Positions 19,718-29,918 of a stretch of DNA of 64,000 bases are shown here, in pieces. Every line of letters starts with the position of its first letter. Within the stretch, counting starts at the first letter, position 1. Position numbers and translations under genes: made by a program. The stretch covers positions 192,001 through 256,000 of the forward strand of contig CAWJQQ010000006.1 of the NCBI GenBank assembly GCA_963845065.1. The letters are read 5' to 3'. The notes beneath the pieces are model-generated. The model ran no database searches. It was not told the DNA's origin and saw nothing but the letters and a program-made list of their open reading frames with translations. This DNA comes from Nitrospirota bacterium. Lineage in GTDB: Bacteria > Nitrospirota > UBA9217.

Positions 19718-19822
19718 GTAAGCCCGACATGCTTTCTAGATATTTCTCATTTTGTTTACATATCTCCAAGATCTTTCTTTTTCCTAAGGGAGTAAAAGTC
19801 TTTTTTTGTATGACAGAGGCCA

Positions 19823-20611
19823 TTAAAGAGTTTTCAAATTCCCAGTCACAAACTTCCGGACCCGTTCGATAGCCTCCCGTATTTCAACGTTCTCCGGTAG
19901 CACTGCGGCCATCTTATCAATATATCTCCGCTCCTGGACCATTTTCAGTGATCTGGTGAAATTGAGGTCGTAAAGCCAGGTAAGTTGGAGCAGTTTAAAA
20001 TCGTTCAGGGTCTTAAGCTCCGACTTAAAGGCCATCCTTCCCTGATGCAGACAGGCAAGGACCGTCGGCGAATAGTCCGGTGCATCTGGTAGGCCGAGCG
20101 TAACGGCCGTAGCCCTGCTCTCCACGTCCTGTTCGTAATATTCTATTAACACTCGCCAGATATCGAGCTTATCAGCATCTCGGGCAATGTGGACAAACAA
20201 ACGCGTCCTTTGGTCCAGTGAGTCGGGGAGCGCAAAAACGTTGTGCAGAGTCACGGCGTGGATAATAAGGTTTTGTTCCTGTTCTGGCAGACCCCGGAGC
20301 ACGTCCTGTTCCAGCAATACCTTGGCTCCAAGTACCGCATGGTTCGCCGAGATATCGTCATCGAATGTCTTATATTGCTGGTATTGTAGAAACCTTCCCA
20401 CATCGTGGCATAGGGCAATCGCTTCGGCTAGAAGCATGTCTTGATTGTTCAACTGCAAACTGCGGCCGATACGCAAGGCATTCAGGCAAACATGGTATGT
20501 ATGGTCTTTCTTAATTGCAAAGTTCCGCTCGTCTTCCACTACATGCGTGGAAAAGTGAACGCAGTATTTGGCAAACCAGTCTTTTAATAATATAAGGTCT
20601 TTTTGATTCAT
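19823..20611 (-). CDS. HD-domain metal-dependent phosphohydrolase
   Basis: KKDHT...LCHDVGRF...HA...LHN...RDADKLDI. Confidence 0.9.
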   Translation of the reverse strand: MNQKDLILLKDWFAKYCVHFSTHVVEDERNFAIKKDHTYHVCLNALRIGRSLQLNNQDMLLAEAIALCHDVGRFLQYQQYKTFDDDISANHAVLGAKVLLEQDVLRGLPEQEQNLIIHAVTLHNVFALPDSLDQRTRLFVHIARDADKLDIWRVLIEYYEQDVESRATAVTLGLPDAPDYSPTVLACLHQGRMAFKSELKTLNDFKLLQLTWLYDLNFTRSLKMVQERRYIDKMAAVLPENVEIREAIERVRKFVTGNLKTL

Positions 20612-20815
20612 TGACGCCTATCTCTGCAAGTTCGTGATTTTACAGCAATGACCTGTATGAGTCAATAACATCTTCTCTTGTTTTTTTATTTCTTTCTCTA
20701 AGGTATGCTAAACTAAGCAACTTCCCGTGATATTTTCGTCTTTTTTCTTCGCCTCATGTTATACAAAATCTGGCTTGTGGGCACGGAATGACTATTTTGG
20801 AAGAGGACTTCGATA

Positions 20816-21025
20816 ATATTCATCCGTGAATTACATAACTGTGAAGAATTCATTGCAGTGATAGCTGTGCGGTTGCGTGAGATATTTCACCCAAACAAAA
20901 TCGACCTCGCCTTGACAAACAGCCTGGCCCATGCGGTCGTGAAGCGGGGCAATACAACTTGGGCGCACCGGCTAAGAACGTCAGAAGTCTATTACATATT
21001 TGAAGGTAAATCCTCAAAATACTAA
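20816..21025 (+). pseudogene. Truncated cupin-domain protein (mannose-6-phosphate isomerase-like family)
   Basis: Reads (I)FIRELHNCEEFIA...LREIFHP...SLAHAVVKRG.TTWAHRLRTSEVYYIFEGK then stops; start codon is ATA after a GAGGA SD; second cupin motif missing. Confidence 0.65.
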
Positions 21026-21151
21026 CAAGTTTAATCAACAACCTCAAGCGTTTCAGACTTGCTTTCCTAAAAAACTATTTGCCATTAATTTTTGCATGAG
21101 TTATTATATAAAGATGTATTTAAAATCATATTTCTCCATAAAGGTTAAAGA

Positions 21152-23017
21152 ATGCTCCAAGTCACGAACATAGAAAAATCCTATGGAAAGCAGGTTCTCT
21201 TCGAAGGCGTCAGCTTTACCGTAAACCCCCGCGAGCGCGTGGGGCTCGTAGGCAGGAACGGCCACGGTAAGTCAACGCTCTTCCGCATGATCTTAGGCGA
21301 AGAGCATCAAGACTCGGGTACGATCACTGTGCCTTCAGGGTACACCATAAGCCACCTCTCTCAGCACATCCATTTTACTGAGGACTCGGTGATCAAAGAG
21401 GCATGCCTTGCCCTGCCAATAAACGAAGACCACATTGACGAGACGTATAAAGCTGAAGCGATTCTGCACGGTCTCGGGTTCACCAATTCGGAATTCGATT
21501 GCCATCCCTCGTCGCTTTCTGGCGGATACCAGGTCCGCCTGAACCTTGCAAAAGTACTCGTGTCCGAACCAAACCTCCTGCTGCTTGACGAGCCAACGAA
21601 TTATCTCGACATCGTTTCGGTTCGCTGGCTAACCCAGTTCTTGCGCGCCTGGCGGAACGAACTCATTATCATCACCCACGACCGGGACTTCATGGACAGC
21701 GTCACGACCCATACCATGATCATTCACCGCTGCAAAATGCGGAAGGTCTCGGGCGGAACGCAGAAACTCTACGACCAGATCCTGATGGAAGAAGAAATCT
21801 ACGAAAAGACACGCCAGAACGATGAAAAAAAGCGCAAAGAAATTGAACAGTTTATCAACCGCTTTCGTGCGCAAGCGACCAAGGCCAGCGCAGTCCAGTC
21901 CCGCATTAAATCGCTTGCGAAGCATGAGAAACTTGACAAGCTTGACGCGATTAAATCGCTCGACTTCAAGTTCCGGTCGGCTCCCTTCGAGGCCAAGTGG
22001 CTCATGACCGTTGAAGACCTGTCCTTTGGTTTCTCTCAGGATGGTCTTCAGTTGATTGACGGGCTTTCCTTTGCTGTCGGCAAGAAGGACCGCATTGCAG
22101 TGATCGGGAAGAACGGCAAAGGCAAGACCACGTTGCTCAACCTACTTGCAAAAGAGCTGTCTCCGACCTTAGGTGAAGTGAAGATCCACCCGAATACAAA
22201 AATCGCTTATTTCGGCCAAACCAACATCAATCGCCTTCGTCCGGCCAAAACCGCGCTCCAGGAGGTCATGGAAGCACATCCTGATTGCGGTCAGGGCGAA
22301 GCCCGCGCGATCTGCGGCCTTATGATGTTCGAGGGAGACAACGCACTCAAAAAAGTGAGCGTGCTCTCGGGCGGCGAGAAAAGCCGCGTGCTTTTGGGCA
22401 AGCTTCTGGTCTCACCGGCCAACCTGCTGATGCTCGATGAGCCTACGAACCACCTGGACATGGAGTCCATTGATTCGTTGATCGAGGCCATTGAAGCCTT
22501 TGATGGAGCGGTCATCATCGTGACCCATAGCGAATTGATCCTTGAAGCCGTAGCAACCAAACTGATCGTTTACGATAATGAAAATGTTTCGCTCTTTGAA
22601 GGAACATACCTCGACTTCCTCGAACGTGTAGGATGGAGCGATGAAGGCGGGGTGCGCGTAACGAAGGGAAAAAAGCGGGAAGATCAAAAGAACACCAACC
22701 AGAAAGATTCGAAGAAGCTGCGCGCCGCCATCGTAACAGACAAATCGAGAATTCTGAATTCGCTCAAATCAAAGATCATGTCCATCGAAGAGGAGATCAT
22801 GAAGCTCGAGCATGGTGTGGAACTCTCGACTCAGGCTCTGCTCGAAGCTTCGGTCAAAGGCAAGGCCCTTGAGATCAAGACGCTGTCGCAATCCATCGAC
22901 AACGCAAAGACGAGGATCGATAAGCTTTTTGCGGAACTCGAGACGGTGACCGCGGAGCATGACGCTAAAGCTTTGGAATACGAACAGCAGTTGAACGAGC
23001 TTGCGCAGATATCGTAA
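21152..23017 (+). CDS. ABC-F family ATPase (YheS/Uup-like)
   Basis: Two NBDs (GRNGHGKST, LSGG, LDEPTN twice), inter-domain linker, C-terminal coiled coil, no TM segments. Confidence 0.95.
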   Translation: MLQVTNIEKSYGKQVLFEGVSFTVNPRERVGLVGRNGHGKSTLFRMILGEEHQDSGTITVPSGYTISHLSQHIHFTEDSVIKEACLALPINEDHIDETYKAEAILHGLGFTNSEFDCHPSSLSGGYQVRLNLAKVLVSEPNLLLLDEPTNYLDIVSVRWLTQFLRAWRNELIIITHDRDFMDSVTTHTMIIHRCKMRKVSGGTQKLYDQILMEEEIYEKTRQNDEKKRKEIEQFINRFRAQATKASAVQSRIKSLAKHEKLDKLDAIKSLDFKFRSAPFEAKWLMTVEDLSFGFSQDGLQLIDGLSFAVGKKDRIAVIGKNGKGKTTLLNLLAKELSPTLGEVKIHPNTKIAYFGQTNINRLRPAKTALQEVMEAHPDCGQGEARAICGLMMFEGDNALKKVSVLSGGEKSRVLLGKLLVSPANLLMLDEPTNHLDMESIDSLIEAIEAFDGAVIIVTHSELILEAVATKLIVYDNENVSLFEGTYLDFLERVGWSDEGGVRVTKGKKREDQKNTNQKDSKKLRAAIVTDKSRILNSLKSKIMSIEEEIMKLEHGVELSTQALLEASVKGKALEIKTLSQSIDNAKTRIDKLFAELETVTAEHDAKALEYEQQLNELAQIS

Positions 23018-23114
23018 ATATATTAGAGAAGCAACAGGAGAGAGCCTGATCGCCGAATACTGTGCAATCGTTCATCCGGTGCTCCTGACTAAAATATAAT
23101 TCAAGGATCAATTC

Positions 23115-25088
23115 ATGAAAAAGTTTAACCGTTTTCTCCTCTATTTCTTGAAAGACGCCAAGCTTTGGTTGTTCTTCATGGTGTATCTATCGTTGTTCAG
23201 GATCTCGTTTATTTTCTATTTCCGGAACAAGATACAGCCGGACACCAATTTCTCAGATATTGTTTTTTCTGTGTTGAACGGCATCAGATTTGACTCCATG
23301 GTATCTACCTGCTGGTTCAGCGTCCCCTTTCTGGCAAGTATTCTGCTGGTATTTTTTGATGCTGACCGGATCGCCGACCGCATACGCACTGTCATCGGCG
23401 CAGTTTTCATTATGGTTACTACAATCGCTTGGGTGGTGACGTTCGGCTATTTTAAAGAATATAATGATCAGTTCAATTACGTGCTCTTCAACCTGTACTA
23501 TGATGACACCGCGGCTATCTTTAAGACGATCTGGGCGGACTATCATCCCCTGTTCTATCTTTTAATTATCGGCGGTGCTTCCACATTGGCGATTGTTCTC
23601 CAAAGAAGGTTCATCCAGCGGCACTTTATTTCACCGGATAAGGTAACGGAACGCAAGTTTACGCTCCTCTCCGGCATTACTACTGCGCTCGTTATCATGG
23701 CCCTAATCGTTACGGCTGCACGAGGTTCCATTGGTCTCCGTCCGGCGCAGCGCAAGGACATCGCAGTTGACAAGGATACGTTTCTGAACCAATCTGTCAT
23801 GAACCCCTATTTTTCTCTTCTTTTTGCCGTTGAGGACCACCGGGATGCAGCAGGCAATACCGGGTTGGAAGCTTATCTGCCGGACGGCAATGTCCGAAAG
23901 GCAGCGCAGGAGCTTTTCCACACGAATCAATCTTATAACAATCTCGATTCCTATTTCATCAAGCATGCCCATGGACCCAAAGGCATCCCGCCACGCCACA
24001 TTTTCCTCGTAGTCATGGAAAGCTATGATGAGTGGCCGTTTCTTAAAAAGTATGCATCTTTGGGCGTAACGCAAAATCTGAAAGCATTGGCTCAGAAAGG
24101 CCTCTATTTCGATAAGTTTCTGCCAGCTTCAGGCGGGACTATGCAGTCGCTCAGCTCGATCATTTCAGGTTTTCCCTATACCCTTGTGGAGATCAATTAT
24201 CAGGTGACGGCTCACAAACCTTATCCCTCATCCATAGCGGAAACCTTTAAACGCCTCGGGTACCGGACCCGCCTGTTTTACGGCGGCTATCTGAGTTGGC
24301 AACGCTTCGGCGATTTTGCCCATGATCAGGGATTCGAGGAAATTTACGGTGCTCCGCATATGTTGAAGTCTGGCGTTACTCCCCACGAGTGGGGCGTGGA
24401 CGATGAATATCTTGTTGACTTTATTGTCAACAAAGTAAATGACGACAAACCGAGCTTCAACCTCATCATGACGACAAGCTATCATCCGCCGTACAATGTC
24501 GATGTATATGCCAAGGGTTTTCCACTGAAAAAAGTACCAGACGATATCGAGCCCCTCTTTGACGGCACGACGAGCCTCACCATGTTTGGCCACCTGTGGT
24601 ATGCGGACAAGTGTCTCGGCGATCTCGTACAGAGGCTCGAAGCAAAACTTTCGCGTCCTCTATTCGCGTTTACAGGAGATCATTTCGGTCGCAGGTTCAT
24701 TAATGCGAGGCCAAATTTTTTTGAACGCTCCGGTGTTCCCTTTATTCTGTACGGTAAGGATGTTCTCCGAGGCGTCAAGATTCCTCAAGGCGCCGTCGGC
24801 GCTCACCTAGACATCCCGTCCACGCTCATCGAACTCGCCGCGCCCAAGGGATTCGAGTATTATTCGATGGGACAAGACCTCCTGGCGCCGCGAAAAGAAT
24901 ATCTTGGCATCGGTTTTTTCAGAGTCATCGGCAAGGATTTCCTGCTTGACGTTGCAGAGTCCAAGTTTTGTCCTCTTCCCGGTAAAAAACTGCCGAATAA
25001 GCTGCCGGATATGGAGGTACTAAAGACAAGATTCAATCGCACATACGGGGTCGGGTGGTGGCGGGTGAGAAAGGGTGAGAAGCTGTAA
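23115..25088 (+). CDS. LTA synthase family / sulfatase-like membrane protein
   Basis: N-terminal TM helices with GIRFD; VMES, GT nucleophile, TTSYHPPY, YADKCLG, TGDH. Confidence 0.9.
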   Translation: MKKFNRFLLYFLKDAKLWLFFMVYLSLFRISFIFYFRNKIQPDTNFSDIVFSVLNGIRFDSMVSTCWFSVPFLASILLVFFDADRIADRIRTVIGAVFIMVTTIAWVVTFGYFKEYNDQFNYVLFNLYYDDTAAIFKTIWADYHPLFYLLIIGGASTLAIVLQRRFIQRHFISPDKVTERKFTLLSGITTALVIMALIVTAARGSIGLRPAQRKDIAVDKDTFLNQSVMNPYFSLLFAVEDHRDAAGNTGLEAYLPDGNVRKAAQELFHTNQSYNNLDSYFIKHAHGPKGIPPRHIFLVVMESYDEWPFLKKYASLGVTQNLKALAQKGLYFDKFLPASGGTMQSLSSIISGFPYTLVEINYQVTAHKPYPSSIAETFKRLGYRTRLFYGGYLSWQRFGDFAHDQGFEEIYGAPHMLKSGVTPHEWGVDDEYLVDFIVNKVNDDKPSFNLIMTTSYHPPYNVDVYAKGFPLKKVPDDIEPLFDGTTSLTMFGHLWYADKCLGDLVQRLEAKLSRPLFAFTGDHFGRRFINARPNFFERSGVPFILYGKDVLRGVKIPQGAVGAHLDIPSTLIELAAPKGFEYYSMGQDLLAPRKEYLGIGFFRVIGKDFLLDVAESKFCPLPGKKLPNKLPDMEVLKTRFNRTYGVGWWRVRKGEKL

Positions 25089-25117
25089 TTTTTCCCTACT
25101 CATGGGGCTGGGGAACT

Positions 25118-25146
25118 AAGCCCGAACCAAATAGTTCGGGGCTTTT
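25118..25146. terminator. Terminator hairpin between convergent genes
   Basis: AAGCCCGAAC-CAAATA-GTTCGGGGCTT followed by T residues. Confidence 0.6.
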
Positions 25147-25160
25147 CCATGTTGGCTTCG

Positions 25161-25691
25161 TTACTTCAGCAAGGACAGCTGCTTAATCGTCTGTTTAATC
25201 TCATCTGCGTCTGGTGCATTAGGCATGATCTCGAGATATTTCTGAAACTCTTTGACCGCATCCTTGGGCTGGTGCACATCGTTCGCCAGGACGACGGCAA
25301 GGTTGCGGTGCCCATTCGGAAAGTTCGGGTCGATCTTGAGTGCCTTCCGGTACTCATCAATTGCCTTGTCGAACTTTCTCACACCTCGGTAGCAGGTCCC
25401 TAAATCAACGCGCACGCTCACGTTCTTCGGATCTAAGGCAAGCGCTTTCTGATACGCTTCGATAGCCTCACTATAGTGCTGGGTATCCATAAGGGCATTC
25501 CCATAATTGACCCAAACGTCTTTGCTCTTGGGCGACATCTTCACCGCCTGCTCGAGCTCGTTCAATTCCAAGGGCGAAGGCCCGGTCTGCGGCATATAGG
25601 ACGTCTGGCTTTTTTCTTCCTTCTGCTGTTGACATCCTAAGATACTGAACAGCAAAACCAGTACAGTCATAATACTAGCTATGTTCTTCAT
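25161..25691 (-). CDS. TPR-repeat lipoprotein
   Basis: Lipobox ILGC; three to four TPRs (YQKALALDP, YRKALKIDP). Confidence 0.88.
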   Translation of the reverse strand: MKNIASIMTVLVLLFSILGCQQQKEEKSQTSYMPQTGPSPLELNELEQAVKMSPKSKDVWVNYGNALMDTQHYSEAIEAYQKALALDPKNVSVRVDLGTCYRGVRKFDKAIDEYRKALKIDPNFPNGHRNLAVVLANDVHQPKDAVKEFQKYLEIMPNAPDADEIKQTIKQLSLLK

Positions 25692-25774
25692 GGTTCCTCC
25701 TGTGATAATTTGGCGTTCAAAGCGGCCCTTTTAATCTCCCAGACACTTCTAGCTGGCTCGCCAAACCACTTCCT

Positions 25775-26098
25775 TCACTGTTGCCCTTTAATGTATGAGC
25801 AGCAATAGTCTGTCAGCCTCTTTACGTTCAATTTAAACTTTGAATTAGCTGCAACCTCGAAGGACTGCCCACCCTTAATGGGCTTCCAGATAGTCTCTCC
25901 GGGCAGGAGCACATCAAGTTCACCAGACAATATTTCCATGAGTTCCTTCTCCGCAGTGCCAAACTCAAATTCTCCAGGCAGCATAATACCGAGTGTTTTC
26001 TTGGCCCCGTCAATAAACAGAACGGTCCTGCTTGTCACTTTGCCCTCAAAATAAACGTTTGCCTCACGCACCACCGTGACCCCCCTAAATTCGGTCAT
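25775..26098 (-). CDS. ppnP: Pyrimidine/purine nucleoside phosphorylase (DUF1255)
   Basis: [37 protein letters not shown] 26098. Confidence 0.92.
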   Translation of the reverse strand: MTEFRGVTVVREANVYFEGKVTSRTVLFIDGAKKTLGIMLPGEFEFGTAEKELMEILSGELDVLLPGETIWKPIKGGQSFEVAANSKFKLNVKRLTDYCCSYIKGQQ

Positions 26099-26411
26099 CG
26101 TACACCCCTTTCCAGATATGGCACATGCGGTCCTTCCGGTTGGATACCGGCACATCTGCACCGTCTTTTTTACACTGTATTGCGGGACAATGTCAATGAC
26201 AAAAATAGAAACTTCATCTAAATCGAAAGCGGCTTTTTGCCTTCGTATCGTCTATGAGTCTGACCGTTATGATAGCCAGATAACTGCATTGGTCCGTTCC
26301 TTGACATTGATATACACTGGAACTACATTTTATATAAGGTTGGTTTGAACCCACCAAGTTCAGATTTGCAGAACAGTCATACCAATCATAATAAAGTATT
26401 CATTTTAGCTT

Positions 26412-26925
26412 ATGACAAATGGAAACATTGTGGTTTAAATTCTCACCAGACATGAAGCGGGCCTAGCAGCTGGCGCGGTCGCTGGTTTTAGGCGCCGAAT
26501 GCGCTGCTCGACATAGTCCTATCAGGAAAAGGACCTTTATACCAGCTCGAACAAGCCTGAGCGCTGTATCGGAAAACTTCAGTGTGATTTTGAACAAAGT
26601 GATGCCGGCCATCAGCGATTATTGCAGTGGAAGTGTTCCAATCCTGATTGACCGGTACAAGGAGGCACACCGCATCGTCCTCTACCGCGCCGGCTGAACC
26701 TGAACAGCCCCAGGAACAGGATTGTGATCCTCGTGGAGTTTGGCGTTGTCACTGGATGGTATCAGGGGACACCATTTCGAAATAACGTTCTATGGCTGAT
26801 GAATATATATCTGCCTCGGATTACCTGTGGAATTCATTACTGTAAACATGTTCTACCGGGATTTCGCGCGGTTTCAGACAAAAGTGGCGGACGTGCTAAA
26901 TAAATCCGCTGCAAAAGGTACATTA
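26412..26925 (+). pseudogene. Decayed COG1926-type phosphoribosyltransferase
   Basis: Fragments across frames: LLDIVLSGK, RIVILVEFGVVTG (degenerate VILVDDGxATG PRPP loop), ADEYI, PVEFITVNMFYRDF...VADVL; upstream TTGACA-17-TACATT at 26301-26329. Confidence 0.55.
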
Positions 26926-26940
26926 CACGGAGTTGCTATC

Positions 26941-27927
26941 ATGAGACTACTTATTGTCGGCGATGTTATGCTCGGCAGACTAGTAAATGAAACGTTGAAA
27001 AGTATGCCGCCGACCTATCCCTGGGGCAATACCCTACCACTATTCAGGGCAAGCGACCTACGCATCGGTAATCTTGAATGCGTCCTCTCAGACCGAGGCG
27101 CTCCTTGGGACCGCACCCCGAAGACCTTCCATTTCAGGACCGATGCAAAAAATGGGGAATGTCTTAAATTAGCCGGTTTCAATTTTTTATCCCTTGCTAA
27201 CAATCATACACTTGATTATGAGTATGAGGCACTTTTTGACATGCTTGCTCACCTGGATAAAGCAGGGGTCCACCATGGGGGCGCCGGGTCCGATGTAGCC
27301 CAAGCCTCACTGCCCGTCTTACTTACTGCAGGCGGAACCACGACCGCATTTATCTCGTTTACTGATAACGAACCAGATTGGGAAGCCACTGATCAACGGC
27401 CTGGCATTTACTTCGTTCCTCCTGATCAAGGCGATGAGCGGGCGATGAATCTCTTCGATCTTATCAGTGAGACGAAGACCAAGGCTGATATCGTAATCGT
27501 GTCAGCGCACTGGGGATCAAACTGGGGATACCAACCGGAACCCGAATATCCTCCTTTCGCGCGAAAGCTCATCGATAGCGGAGCGGACATTGTGCTTGGT
27601 CACTCATGTCACGTTTTTCGGGGGATAGAAATCTATAGAGATCGGCTGATCCTGTACAGTACCGGCGATTTCGTTGATGATTATGAAATTGATGAAATTG
27701 AGAGAAATGATGAATCATTTATCTTCGTCGTTCAAACTGACGGCAACCGCATTACCGGTCTCACGCTTCATCCTACAGTGATCAGCCATATGCAGGCTCG
27801 GCTAGCGAGTCCCCGCAATGCAGTTATTATTGCCAACCGAATGCAAATGCTGTGTGATCGGCTTGGAACTCAGTCGCGCTGGAATGAAGAGAAGCGATGT
27901 CTGGAGGTTTTGTTGAAAAAGGAATAG
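26941..27927 (+). CDS. CapA / PGA_cap family metallophosphoesterase
   Basis: GDVMLGR, GNLEC, SLANNHTLDY, SAHWG, GHSCH, YSTGDFVDDY; start at ATG 26941. Confidence 0.92.
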   Translation: MRLLIVGDVMLGRLVNETLKSMPPTYPWGNTLPLFRASDLRIGNLECVLSDRGAPWDRTPKTFHFRTDAKNGECLKLAGFNFLSLANNHTLDYEYEALFDMLAHLDKAGVHHGGAGSDVAQASLPVLLTAGGTTTAFISFTDNEPDWEATDQRPGIYFVPPDQGDERAMNLFDLISETKTKADIVIVSAHWGSNWGYQPEPEYPPFARKLIDSGADIVLGHSCHVFRGIEIYRDRLILYSTGDFVDDYEIDEIERNDESFIFVVQTDGNRITGLTLHPTVISHMQARLASPRNAVIIANRMQMLCDRLGTQSRWNEEKRCLEVLLKKE

Positions 27928-28122
27928 CAGTAGTAAATCGTGGAAGGAAGATGAAAGTAACCAAAGATAGCACGGGTTAAATCAAAAAAAATAATAAAAA
28001 TATCACTCATTGAATGCCTGGAGATTTCCGTGATAATCAGTGTCAATCCACGGCTAACCTCCGTGGGAAATGGAGTGCCTTCCAGGTTTAACCGTGTTCA
28101 TCCTTGGTTACATAAATTTGTC

Positions 28123-29805
28123 TTACCTCGTTAAATGCCGGTATTTGATGCGATGCGGTTGGTCTGCATCGGCTCCGAGCCGCACCTTCCGGTCTGCCTC
28201 ATACTCTGAATAGTTTCCATCGAAGAAGACGACTTTGCTCTCGCCTTCAAATGCTAGGATGTGCGTGGAAATACGGTCAAGGAACCAGCGGTCGTGACTT
28301 ATCACGACTGCACAGCCTGCAAAGTTCTCAAGCCCTTCCTCAAGTGCCCTCATAGTGTTCACATCGAGATCGTTCGTGGGCTCGTCAAGGAGCAGCACAT
28401 TTGCCTCCTTCTTCAGGATGCGGGCAAGGTGCACCCGGTTCCGCTCCCCGCCTGAGAGCACGCCAACCATCTTCTGCTGGTCCGTTCCGCCGAAGTTAAA
28501 ACGCGACACGTAGGCGCGGGAGTTCATCAATGTCTTTCCCAGTTGGATCTGCTCTTGGCCGTCAGTGATAACCTGCCAGATAGTTTTGTTCGGATCGAGG
28601 GAGTCGCGGTTCTGGTCAACGTATCCAAGCTTCACGGTTTCACCAATTCTAATCGTTCCCTTGTCAGGCTTGTCCTGACCCGTGATCATACGAAAGAGTG
28701 TCGTCTTACCTGCGCCGTTCGGCCCGATCACGCCCACGATACCACCGGGGGGAAGCATGAAGCTCATGTTTTCAACAAGGATGTTGTCGCCATATGCCTT
28801 CGTCACGCTATCAGCTTCGATCACGACCTTGCCGAGCCGCGGACCCGGCGGAATGTAAATTTCCAACTCCTTCGCGCGCTTTTCTCCCTGCTGGGAGAGG
28901 AGCGTTTCGTAGGAATTGATGCGCGCCTTGGACTTTGCATGCCTTCCCTTGGGTGACATCCTGATCCATTCGAGTTCGCGCTGGAGAGTCTTCTGTCGCT
29001 CGCTCTCCGACTTTTCTTCCTGCTTCAGCCGCTCACTCTTTTGTTCGAGCCATGATGAATAGTTTCCTTTCCAGGGGATACCTTGGCCGCGGTCGAGTTC
29101 CAGTATCCAGCCGGCGACATTATCCAGGAAGTATCGGTCGTGGGTCACAGCGATAACCGTGCCTTCGTACTGCTGGAGATGATGCTCCAGCCACGCGACA
29201 GACTCGGCATCGAGATGGTTCGTAGGCTCGTCGAGCAGGAGGATGTCCGGTTTCTGGAGAAGGAGACGGCAGAGTGCAACACGCCGCTTTTCACCGCCGG
29301 AAAGGACCTTGACAAACGCATCGGCGGTAGGACAGCGTAGGGCGTCCATGGCCATCTCGAGACGGCTGTCCAGCTCCCAAGCATTCTGATGGTCGAGCTT
29401 CTCTTGCACTTCGCCCTGTCGTTCGATCAGCTTCTGCATCTCATTGTCGGACATGGGATTTGCAAAGGACTCGTTAATCTTGTCATATTCGGCGAGCAGA
29501 TCAACCGTCTCTTGTACGCCTTCTTCAACGATCTGGCGCACGGTCTTAGCAGGATCAAGCTTCGGCTCCTGCTCGAGCAGACCAACGGAGTAGCCTGTCG
29601 ATAACACTGCCTCTCCCACATGCTCCTTGTCCAGCCCTGCCATGATCTTGAGAAGCGAACTCTTTCCCGAGCCATTCAGCCCGAGCACGCCAATCTTTGC
29701 TCCGTAAAAGTAAGAAAGGTAAATGTCCTTCAGTACCGGCTTCTTGTCATGGAATTTTCCCACTCCGACCATGGAGTAGATTATTTTGTTTTGTTCAGCT
29801 GCCAT
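28123..29805 (-). CDS. ettA: Energy-dependent translational throttle protein EttA
   Basis: [54 protein letters not shown]. Confidence 0.96.
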   Translation of the reverse strand: MAAEQNKIIYSMVGVGKFHDKKPVLKDIYLSYFYGAKIGVLGLNGSGKSSLLKIMAGLDKEHVGEAVLSTGYSVGLLEQEPKLDPAKTVRQIVEEGVQETVDLLAEYDKINESFANPMSDNEMQKLIERQGEVQEKLDHQNAWELDSRLEMAMDALRCPTADAFVKVLSGGEKRRVALCRLLLQKPDILLLDEPTNHLDAESVAWLEHHLQQYEGTVIAVTHDRYFLDNVAGWILELDRGQGIPWKGNYSSWLEQKSERLKQEEKSESERQKTLQRELEWIRMSPKGRHAKSKARINSYETLLSQQGEKRAKELEIYIPPGPRLGKVVIEADSVTKAYGDNILVENMSFMLPPGGIVGVIGPNGAGKTTLFRMITGQDKPDKGTIRIGETVKLGYVDQNRDSLDPNKTIWQVITDGQEQIQLGKTLMNSRAYVSRFNFGGTDQQKMVGVLSGGERNRVHLARILKKEANVLLLDEPTNDLDVNTMRALEEGLENFAGCAVVISHDRWFLDRISTHILAFEGESKVVFFDGNYSEYEADRKVRLGADADQPHRIKYRHLTR

Positions 29806-29918
29806 AATTATTTTCTAACCTCCCGAAGATAGTAGGATCTTTTGTCCACTACATTTTGCAAAGTGACCTTATCAGAGGTTGATTTGTCATGCGGCACAAA
29901 ACATCCAGCCCTGCAGTA

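Noticed and set aside
17930..19820. Possible Cas12-like effector with a CRISPR array
   Set aside because: No direct-repeat/spacer array or cas gene is visible; the ORF is bounded by IS200/IS605 end hairpins, so it is TnpB.
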